A stretch of 60,362 bases of DNA from an uncultured Candidatus Saccharibacteria bacterium (GTDB taxonomy: Bacteria; Patescibacteriota; Minisyncoccia; JAHISW01; Tagabacteraceae). Positions 53,413 to 60,362 of the stretch are shown piece after piece. Made by a program: the position numbers and the translations under genes. The stretch covers positions 1-60,362 of the forward strand of contig CAZPYD010000002.1 of NCBI GenBank assembly GCA_964590835.1, read 5' to 3'. The first letter of the stretch is position 1. Each line of letters begins with the position of its first letter. The notes beneath the pieces were generated by a model. The model did not search any database. It saw only the letters and a program-made list of their open reading frames with translations, and was not told the origin of the DNA.

Positions 53413-54897
53413 CAAATTAGGATGGCTAGATACTTTTGCGATACTGTTAAACGGTTCTCGCATTGTAAATACTAGCTTTTTCCTATCAACAACAGAGTTC
53501 TGAAGTAAGAAACCAAGAAGTTGGTTTTTTTGTGTTACTTCCGAACTTTCAAATATACCCAAAGACCTTTGTGCTAGACTTAGGGCTGATTTTGCAACGA
53601 TATAATAGTTTTCATTGGCACTTGTTAATTCGGATTTTTGTAAGTCTAAATCGTGCTGTTTTTCTGTATACTCTTTTAACTTTTTGTCATATATATCCTT
53701 AGTAATACTACAATCCATTAGTAGGTCGTAGGAATTACTTATTCTTTTTTGTAGTTTGTCGTATGTTTCGTTGATTTGTTTGATTTTCTTTTTATGATAT
53801 AAAGTTTGGCTGTCGTGGCTTTTCTTTAGGTAAGCCACAATCTTTGTTATCTGCTTGTCAGATAGCTTTATTTGCCCCAATACTCGCTTTATAGGCTTGA
53901 GAAGCACCTCTTCTCTAACATATTCCCTTTGGCAGTTTTTCTTGCCGTTTGTGCAACTGTAATAGATATATTTACTTTTTTTTATTTCTGCTGTCATTGA
54001 ACAGCCACATTTTGCACATTTAAGAAGTCCATTAAAAATAAATTGTTTTTTATTTAGAGTTTTTGTTGGGTTACAGTTTTTTCTAGTTAGTTGGTCTTGA
54101 ACTTTTAAGAACAAACTTTTTGTTATAAGAGGTTTGTATTTGTGGTCAAAATGTATATCGTATTTTCTAGAATAGGCAACACCATAATAGAAAGGGTTTT
54201 TAAGTATTATATGAACCACACTTGTATAAACAGGTTTGCCTTTAGCTGTTGTGATTTTTCTTTCTTTTAATTCTTTAGCTAAGCTAGCACAAGAGCAATT
54301 ACCAGAAGCGTATCTGTTAAATAATTCAACCACAATATAGCTTCTTTCTTCGTCGTGAGCAATGTCTTTTCTCAGCCCTTTCTTTTCGTTTAATGGGATA
54401 TTTGTGTAGCCAAAAGGAATTGGTCCTGTCCATTCACCAACTCTTCTTTTCTGTTCAAAGGCTCTTTTTACATTATCGCTGATAGCATCAGAGTAATACT
54501 TTGCTAGCCCTAAGCTCATTCCAAATTGAAATTTTTCAACTGCAGACATTTTGGAGTTTATAACTTGTCCATCAGAAACAAAATGAAGTTCTATTTCGTC
54601 TACAATAGCTTTCTCATAAAGAGCAGAAACTCTTTTGTCAAAAATGTTTCTAGAAAGTCTATCAACTTTATCAAAACAGATAGCAATTTTTTCTTTGTTC
54701 TTTTCTAGATATTCTAAAACATTATCAAATTCATCTCTTTTTGTTTTATAAGCACTTTCATCAAAGCTAAAAGTTTCGGCAATTTTGAAGTCTTTCCTTT
54801 TGCAGTAATCTTGGATACGACGAATTTGAGCGGGCAGGGAATTACCAGCGTCTTTTTGTTCTTCTGTTGAAACTCTAGCTAAAATTACTGCTTTCAT
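53374..54897 (-). CDS. large serine recombinase (resolvase catalytic domain + recombinase domain + zinc ribbon + coiled coil)
   Basis: MKAVILARVSTEEQ holds the catalytic Ser motif. CAKCGCSM...YYSC forms the zinc ribbon. The last 13 codons are antisense to tRNA-Asn. Confidence 0.85.
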   Translation of the reverse strand: MKAVILARVSTEEQKDAGNSLPAQIRRIQDYCKRKDFKIAETFSFDESAYKTKRDEFDNVLEYLEKNKEKIAICFDKVDRLSRNIFDKRVSALYEKAIVDEIELHFVSDGQVINSKMSAVEKFQFGMSLGLAKYYSDAISDNVKRAFEQKRRVGEWTGPIPFGYTNIPLNEKKGLRKDIAHDEERSYIVVELFNRYASGNCSCASLAKELKERKITTAKGKPVYTSVVHIILKNPFYYGVAYSRKYDIHFDHKYKPLITKSLFLKVQDQLTRKNCNPTKTLNKKQFIFNGLLKCAKCGCSMTAEIKKSKYIYYSCTNGKKNCQREYVREEVLLKPIKRVLGQIKLSDKQITKIVAYLKKSHDSQTLYHKKKIKQINETYDKLQKRISNSYDLLMDCSITKDIYDKKLKEYTEKQHDLDLQKSELTSANENYYIVAKSALSLAQRSLGIFESSEVTQKNQLLGFLLQNSVVDRKKLVFTMREPFNSIAKVSSHPNLLCGQDSNLRPID

Positions 54898-54898
54898 A

Positions 54899-56314
54899 TT
54901 ATTTAATTGCTTTCTCAATTATTTTATCAATCTTGTTTCTTTCACTTTCAATTTTATTTTTGATTTCTTCTTGTTTTTCTAATTCTGCCTTGATTTCATC
55001 AACGATTTTTTGTTGAGCATTCAAAGAAATATCAATCAATGGAAATTCTTGTATCTGACTTGGAAAGATATTTGTATTATTTCCTAATCCTTTTTTATGT
55101 ATTTCTACAAGATATTGAAAATACTCTGTTCTGAAATAATAATATGCAAAAAGAGGATTGTAATTTTGCAGTCTTATTCTCATTGTAAAGTCAGCAAAAA
55201 TACCTTGTAAATCTTCATCATCAATTAAAGCTACTTTTCCGATTGTGCCTTCTCCCGAACGAGCAATTAAGATGTCATTTTTAGAAACTGTTTTATTCTT
55301 GTTTTGTTCTGAATATTCTTTGGAAACAAGTTTTGAATCTTCGCTTTCAAATTGCCAATTTTTAATATTTGCCATTGAGATATAATAATAATCTCCATTT
55401 TCATCATAATCTTTTGGTGATACTCCTTTCCCTAAAACTATTGGCTCTGAAATAAAATCTTTGATTTTTTTACTAGTGATTTTTTTAAGCTCTTGAATAA
55501 CAAATATTCCTGCTTCTCTGTGGAATTTCACGCTTTGTCTTATATCTCTATTGTTTCCAAAGGCGAATAAATCAAGATAGTAGTTTTTTATTTTCTTTAA
55601 TTCTTCAAATTTTTCTAAATCAAACCCAAACTCTCTGGCAAACACGTTATTGATGACTTCTTGTGGGGGTGTGATTTTTATTTTTAGGTCTTTAATTTTC
55701 TTTTCAATCGGATCTATTTGAGTAACGATTTGATCTTGTTTTGGTTTTGCGATTAAGGGAATTTTTATTTTTAGTAAATCTTCTTTCTTGTAAGCAGAAA
55801 TTCCAATACCTCTATAAATATGATTATCAAGAATGGTCTTTAATTTTTTTGTTCTCAAAATATAAAGGACAAATTTATTATTCCAATCGTCATTTACTTT
55901 GAAAATATAAAAACCATTTGAAAAGACATATTCAGATAAGTCTTTGTTTTCAAAAAATAACGCTGGAGATTTTGCCAGTCTTAAACTTGAAATAAGAATA
56001 TTGTCATTTGAAACTTTGTATTTTAATCTTCCAGGGTGATTTTCTGCGTTTACGGGTTGAAATTCCTTTATATCTCCGTCTTCATCTAAATAAGTTTGTC
56101 CTGTTGGTATTCCTTTATATTCTTCGTCTTCTTGATAATCAAAAAGAGTATAATCATCACTTAAAATATCTTTAAGAGCAATAAGTTTTTTACCTGAAGA
56201 ACAAAACAAGTTCCAATCTGATGAAAATAAAAAATTATGATATTTTTCATCATTTCTTAAATAAGAATCTTTACTCAATTTTGCTACTGATATTGTAAAA
56301 GTTTTTAATCCCAT
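54899..56314 (-). CDS. restriction-modification specificity (HsdS-like) subunit with two target recognition domains
   Basis: 471 aa with two TRD-like halves, each followed by a helical conserved region (KQDQIVTQIDPIEKKIKDLK and QQKIVDEIKAELEKQEEIKNKIE). Confidence 0.75.
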   Translation of the reverse strand: MGLKTFTISVAKLSKDSYLRNDEKYHNFLFSSDWNLFCSSGKKLIALKDILSDDYTLFDYQEDEEYKGIPTGQTYLDEDGDIKEFQPVNAENHPGRLKYKVSNDNILISSLRLAKSPALFFENKDLSEYVFSNGFYIFKVNDDWNNKFVLYILRTKKLKTILDNHIYRGIGISAYKKEDLLKIKIPLIAKPKQDQIVTQIDPIEKKIKDLKIKITPPQEVINNVFAREFGFDLEKFEELKKIKNYYLDLFAFGNNRDIRQSVKFHREAGIFVIQELKKITSKKIKDFISEPIVLGKGVSPKDYDENGDYYYISMANIKNWQFESEDSKLVSKEYSEQNKNKTVSKNDILIARSGEGTIGKVALIDDEDLQGIFADFTMRIRLQNYNPLFAYYYFRTEYFQYLVEIHKKGLGNNTNIFPSQIQEFPLIDISLNAQQKIVDEIKAELEKQEEIKNKIESERNKIDKIIEKAIK

Positions 56315-58677
56315 AATACATCTCTTAAATGATCTAAGGCGGTTTCTTTAACTCCGTCATCTACCAAAACCTTGCCTTTTTCACTCACACGATAAAGTTC
56401 ATTTGGCATTGGCTTTTCGCCTCTTTTTGTTCTCTTATAGCCGATATTTTCCACTTCTGCCATAAAGATCTTGTAATTGAGTTCTTTGGCAACTTCACCA
56501 AAAACCCACCAAGTATTTACAAAACCAAAAATATTTTTGGTGTCATTGTCATATTTACAAAGCTCTTTTAGTTCGTCTTTGTATTTTTTTACAATTTTTT
56601 TAGATGAAAGTTTTTGATCATCTTCTTCAAAATAATCTTTTAGCATTTTTGCCAAAATTTCTTTTTCTTCCTTTTCGGTTAAGCCTTTGATTGAAGGCAG
56701 TTTTTTGCGGTCTTTTTCGTCAAGATAAACGGCTGACAAGTTTTCACATCTGGTTTTAAGATTGTTCCACTCATTAGAGTATTTACTCCATAGTTTATTC
56801 CATTCTTCAATTTCTGTTTTGGTTTTCTTTTGAGCAAAAAGCAAACTCGTTTTTGTGCTGGTAAATGGTTCAAAAGTAAGCTGTGGCAAAGAAACAACCG
56901 CTTTGACTTTGAAATATTTGTAAATAAAAAGTCTGATATATTTGTTTTCTGTTGTATCAAAAACACTTTCAGGCAAAACCACACCAAAACGTCCATTTGG
57001 TTTAAGGAGTTGATACCACCTTTCTACAAATAAGTTTTCAGAGTTCTTTTTGTCACCAAAAATAAATTCTTTTTTAACATTCTTTTTTGTTTCATTGTCT
57101 AAATCAACACTAAAAGGTGGATTGGTAATAATACAATCAAATTGTCCGTTTACTTCTTTATCAAAATAAACTTTATCTTGCTCGTATTGTTTTAGGAAGT
57201 TTGGTGCAGTTTCTTTGTCATAGAATTTGAAAGGTAAAAGTCCGTCTTTGACAAAAATATTGGTTGAGCCGTCGCCGTGTAAAATCATATTTACTTTTGT
57301 GGCTGTGCCGAGATTGAAATTGATTTCTACACCATAAATAAAATTGGAAGCCCATTTATTTTCTCTATGGTCTGGCATAAACCATTGATGAAATTTATCT
57401 TCTACATCTCTCGTTTCGTGTAGCTCGTCTTTAAATCTTCTTTTTATATTTTCAGTAATAAATTTCATATACTCAATAAGGAAAGTCCCGCTACCTGCAC
57501 TCGGATCAATCAAATAGGGAATTTCCAAATCATTGTTTACTCTATCAATGGCTAATTTATCAAGCTGTAAGCCCCAAAGCAAAAATTTAACGACATTTAT
57601 ATGAGTAAAAAATTGCCCTTTGGTTTGTTTAAAACCTTCTCTGATAATTCCTTCAAAGAAATCTCCTAAAATATCTTTTCCGTTAAAACTATTTTTTCCG
57701 TCCACGAAACTGAATCTTTCAAGTTCTGCGACTGTGTATTTTAGTTTGTTAAGCGAAAATTTGTTTTCGTCTATAACAAAAGATTTTTTAAGTTTTGCCT
57801 CATCAATAATATTTAATCTTTGTTTTAATGCTCTTCTGTAAAGTTCGTTTATTCTTTCAAAAAGTTGTTCGTTAGATTCAAAACTTTCTCCGTCTTTGAA
57901 TGAAAAAATTTGAAAATCATATTTTTCGCCCTTTTTCTTTTCTGATTCATCTTGAATTTTGGCAAGAATGATATTTACCAAAGAAGAAAACACATCGTTA
58001 TCATCAGTTCCACCGCCACCCCAAAGAACATTGTGTAGATTTTTTCTAAGTCCGTCTAATTGCTCGTGAGTAAAACTTGTTTCTAAATCTTTTTTACCAT
58101 TTTTAATGTATGGCTCTTTTTGTGCTTTTCCGTATCTTTCAGGCAATTCATCAGCAAAATCTCTAATTTTTTTCCAAGAGTCAAAAGAAGTAAACTTTTC
58201 ATAATCAATCAAAATACATTTGTCTTTGATTTCGCTTTCGTTTAATTCAAAAGTGTAAAGAACAAGATATTTTACATTGTTGCCTTGTCCTTTTTCCTGT
58301 GAGGCAAGATTGAAAAGTTGTTTTTCAATTACTTCATCTTTGTCTTTTTCATAATCTTGCGGACTTTTCAGCTCAATATAAAGAAAAGCATCGCCTTTAT
58401 CATCTCTAACAATAATATCAATTCTTGGCTTATTTACTTTTGGTCTTCCAATATCGTATTGCTTTTCAAGTTCAATATTTTCAGGTTTATAGCCCAATTC
58501 ATTTACAAGTTTGGCGAGAACAAAGGCTCTGACGATTTCCTCATCGCCTCTAAACTTATCAATTTTCCAACCCCTTATCTTTTCAGAATACTTTACTTTT
58601 TTATGTTCAAAACCATAGGTTTCAACAACCTTGATCTTTTGCTTGTCCAAATATTGCTTGACGATTTGATAATTCAT
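56305..58677 (-). CDS. fusion of an N-terminal PD-(D/E)xK (HsdR_N-like) domain with a gamma-class N6-adenine DNA methyltransferase
   Basis: PRIDIIVRDDKGDAFLYIELK (D...ExK), DPSAGSGTFL (motif I), ITNPPF (motif IV). I recognise no helicase/translocase gene among the element's ORFs in this window. Confidence 0.75.
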   Translation of the reverse strand: MNYQIVKQYLDKQKIKVVETYGFEHKKVKYSEKIRGWKIDKFRGDEEIVRAFVLAKLVNELGYKPENIELEKQYDIGRPKVNKPRIDIIVRDDKGDAFLYIELKSPQDYEKDKDEVIEKQLFNLASQEKGQGNNVKYLVLYTFELNESEIKDKCILIDYEKFTSFDSWKKIRDFADELPERYGKAQKEPYIKNGKKDLETSFTHEQLDGLRKNLHNVLWGGGGTDDNDVFSSLVNIILAKIQDESEKKKGEKYDFQIFSFKDGESFESNEQLFERINELYRRALKQRLNIIDEAKLKKSFVIDENKFSLNKLKYTVAELERFSFVDGKNSFNGKDILGDFFEGIIREGFKQTKGQFFTHINVVKFLLWGLQLDKLAIDRVNNDLEIPYLIDPSAGSGTFLIEYMKFITENIKRRFKDELHETRDVEDKFHQWFMPDHRENKWASNFIYGVEINFNLGTATKVNMILHGDGSTNIFVKDGLLPFKFYDKETAPNFLKQYEQDKVYFDKEVNGQFDCIITNPPFSVDLDNETKKNVKKEFIFGDKKNSENLFVERWYQLLKPNGRFGVVLPESVFDTTENKYIRLFIYKYFKVKAVVSLPQLTFEPFTSTKTSLLFAQKKTKTEIEEWNKLWSKYSNEWNNLKTRCENLSAVYLDEKDRKKLPSIKGLTEKEEKEILAKMLKDYFEEDDQKLSSKKIVKKYKDELKELCKYDNDTKNIFGFVNTWWVFGEVAKELNYKIFMAEVENIGYKRTKRGEKPMPNELYRVSEKGKVLVDDGVKETALDHLRDVLWD

Positions 58678-58853
58678 TGTTTTGTTTTATTAGCTTCTAA
58701 AAATCTACTAAACTCTTTTTGGTCAATCCTAAACTCTTTGCCTAGTTTGTAGGCTTTTAGACGACCAGCTTTTATATAACGATAAATCGTCATAATGTTT
58801 ACTCTTAGTTTTTCAGCCAATTCTTCGGCTGTGTAAAATTCTTTGTTTCCCAT
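58674..58853 (-). CDS. excisionase-family helix-turn-helix DNA-binding protein (59 aa; absent from the ORF track)
   Basis: Hand translation: MGNKEFYTAEELAEKLRVNIMTIYRYIKAGRLKAYKLGKEFRIDQKEFSRFLEANKTKQ. YT.EE.A..L.V...T.YR.I..G.L.A.K.G...RI is the MerR/excisionase HTH pattern. Its TGA overlaps the ATG of the downstream gene. Confidence 0.65.
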   Translation of the reverse strand: MGNKEFYTAEELAEKLRVNIMTIYRYIKAGRLKAYKLGKEFRIDQKEFSRFLEANKTKQ

Positions 58854-58911
58854 AATTTTTTTGTTTCTAATTACTAATTATTATACTTTACAATAGTTTA
58901 CAATTCAATTT

Positions 58912-60033
58912 TTACCTGTGGGTATCTTTTTGTCTAAATTTATAAGGCTTAAACTCTTCAATTTGTTTTTCAATATCTTTGATAAACCCGTGCGGATTTG
59001 GTTCTTCTTTATAGCTGTTTATTTTAGCTATGTCTTTGCTGATGTTTCGCCAAGAACAAGATTTGGATATAAGGGCTACATTTTTTCTTAGTTCTCTAAT
59101 CCCTTTTTCTTTGCAAAGTATTTCTAGCCCTGTTAAATAGATAATTTGTTTGGCTTTTTGTTTTCTATTATTCTTGATTGCTCTTTGCATTATTCGTAGC
59201 GGGCTGTTTGTCATATCAAAAACAAATAGGTTTTCGTTTACTATCATTGTTTGCCAATAATCTTTTATGACTTTTTGAAAAAGCTCTTTCTTAAAAATGT
59301 CTTGGAATGTTGGGTTTTTAGCATAACCTAATTTTTCTAAAACATTATTCATTTTTCTTTTCTTGCTAAGCCTGACTTCTAGTCTAAGGATTTCAGGGAT
59401 TTTCTTAGAAGGTTTTAAGTTATCAAACAAACTAGATTGTCTGGTTGTTTGGTCTTTGTCTATTGCTCTGGCTGGGGGTAATCCTAAATCGTATTTTTTG
59501 TCGTATATAACAAACGAATGAGAGACAGAGTAGTATTGCAGAGCAGAACCATCGTTTCTGAATTTGGTTTCTGTAAAATCCATTTTTCCGTTGAGTTTTA
59601 TCTTTGACAGTTCTGTAAGGGCAAAAGAAGAGGTGTAGCCGTTTTCAAGAGATATGTTTTTGGATGGATGAAAGGACGATACGTCAGCTTTCTTAATAAA
59701 GTTTTTTGTTGTCCAAACTCCCATTTCTTCTAATCTTAAAACCAAAGTTTCAACAATTTTTTCAAAATCTTCTTCTTTTAGTTCACTAACATTTTCTGTG
59801 AAAAGTATTTTAGGGGCAGAGAACTCAAGTTTTAGGACGTGTTCTCGTCCTCTTTTCATTAAAGTCAATCTGGGTTTATAAACTCCATTTTCTTTGTCTT
59901 GTTTTGTTGGATTATTGTAGAACATTCTAAAACTTCTTAAATTTTCAAAGTTTTCTTTAGTTGTTTTGAACTTGCCATAGTCCTGCACAATAAATCTTCT
60001 CCCTTTTAACTCTAAAATTATGGTATCAATCAT
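58912..60033 (-). CDS. hypothetical protein, possibly a replication-initiation (phage gene II/CRI-like) protein
   Basis: The N-terminus MIDTIILEL and the size are reminiscent of phage/plasmid Rep proteins. The main support is context within the mobile element. Confidence 0.3.
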   Translation of the reverse strand: MIDTIILELKGRRFIVQDYGKFKTTKENFENLRSFRMFYNNPTKQDKENGVYKPRLTLMKRGREHVLKLEFSAPKILFTENVSELKEEDFEKIVETLVLRLEEMGVWTTKNFIKKADVSSFHPSKNISLENGYTSSFALTELSKIKLNGKMDFTETKFRNDGSALQYYSVSHSFVIYDKKYDLGLPPARAIDKDQTTRQSSLFDNLKPSKKIPEILRLEVRLSKKRKMNNVLEKLGYAKNPTFQDIFKKELFQKVIKDYWQTMIVNENLFVFDMTNSPLRIMQRAIKNNRKQKAKQIIYLTGLEILCKEKGIRELRKNVALISKSCSWRNISKDIAKINSYKEEPNPHGFIKDIEKQIEEFKPYKFRQKDTHR

Positions 60034-60169
60034 TGTTTTCTTCGTTTAACTTGTAAAGTTCAGGGTTGTTTTTACTATCTATCTCAAAAAGCAGGGCAAA
60101 GAAGCCGACCAGATTTTTATCTGCTTCATTTTCAATCTCTTCTTTGTTTGTTTCTTTTTCTTCAGACAT
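60026..60169 (-). CDS. small acidic hypothetical ORF (47 aa; absent from the ORF track)
   Basis: Hand translation: MSEEKETNKEEIENEADKNLVGFFALLFEIDSKNNPELYKLNEENND. Its stop overlaps the ATG of the Rep-like gene (ATGATTGA). Confidence 0.3.
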   Translation of the reverse strand: MSEEKETNKEEIENEADKNLVGFFALLFEIDSKNNPELYKLNEENND

Positions 60170-60272
60170 AAAAAATTCCCGACTTATGATGTCAGGATAT
60201 ATGAATGAAGGTTTATAGGTATGGTTTGAAGATGGGTTTATTCTGGCTTCAATATGGTGTGAATCTGTTTTT

Positions 60273-60362
60273 TTATTCTACAATAATCCTATAACCAAAA
60301 CCCTTTATATTTTTGAAAATATCTGGATTCTTGGCGTTCTTTTTGGGAAGTATTTTTAAAAT
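60273..60362 (-). CDS. 3' end of an OmpR/PhoB-type response regulator (partial, continues beyond the window)
   Basis: Hand translation ends ...NPDIFKNIKGFGYRIIVE, matching the winged-helix C-terminal pattern (...I.TVRG.GYR...). Confidence 0.45.
   Translation of the reverse strand: MLKILPKKNAKNPDIFKNIKGFGYRIIVE

Larger units (their letters stand above)
53413..60200. mobile_element. compact integrative element abutting tRNA-Asn
   Basis: All genes are on the minus strand and tightly packed: serine recombinase, specificity subunit, nuclease-methylase, excisionase-type HTH, Rep-like gene and a small ORF. The left edge is at the tRNA. The right edge is not defined; it is guessed to lie before the response-regulator fragment at 60273. 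Confidence 0.5.

Overview
AT-rich bacterial window with tightly packed genes. The gene content looks like a small-genome Patescibacteria/CPR-type organism: class II RNR, cupin-type PGI, PIN-PhoH, and an RpoD with a Lys-rich N-terminus. This taxon guess is an inference only. All calls come from reading motifs in the ORF track and the DNA; no searches were run.

Layout:
- 0.1-15.3 kb, housekeeping and envelope genes: RNase J, cupin PGI, a family-5 solute-binding protein, secG, groES-groEL, lemA-htpX, tRNA-Ser(GGA), a U32 protein, PIN-PhoH and a DUF389 membrane protein.
- 15.3-50.7 kb, the standout region. It holds 13 genes encoding 14 radical SAM (CX3CX2C) domains.
  - An Hxs-type module sits at 19.1-22.6 kb: two HxsD-like genes, an HxsB-like rSAM/SPASM gene, and a 121-aa membrane-anchored protein ending in 20 consecutive Ser-His-Xaa triplets.
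  - Two long co-directional operons follow (23.7-32.3 kb and 32.9-50.7 kb).
  - They carry two copies of a triad: a split Kae1/TsaD-like gene, a YrdC-like gene, and an N-extended rSAM/SPASM gene.
  - They also carry an ATP-grasp ligase, a PLP decarboxylase, an SDR, a methyltransferase-like protein, two glycosyltransferases, a UbiU/UbiV-like U32 pair and a HemN-like rSAM.
  - A head-to-tail array of six paralogous rSAM domains lies at 43.9-49.5 kb; one gene is a natural two-domain fusion.
  - The second operon ends with an A24-type aspartyl membrane peptidase.
  - I know of no characterised pathway with this composition, and I consider it the candidate novel system.
- 50.7-53.3 kb: a PKD-domain secreted protein, a GIY-YIG remnant and rpoD.
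- 53.3 kb to about 60.2 kb: tRNA-Asn(GTT) followed by a compact integrative element. It carries a large serine recombinase whose ORF runs into the tRNA, a nuclease-methylase fusion with a separate specificity subunit (BcgI-like), a 59-aa excisionase-type HTH ORF missing from the ORF track, and a Rep-like gene.

Smaller observations:
- A GC-rich palindromic insert is shared in-frame by the 5' ends of nrdJ and rpoD.
- tRNA 3'-end fragment repeats lie downstream of tRNA-Ser.
- An A8 homopolymer frameshift sits at the start of the only opposite-strand gene inside the cluster.
- Several intergenic repeat and hairpin structures are present.
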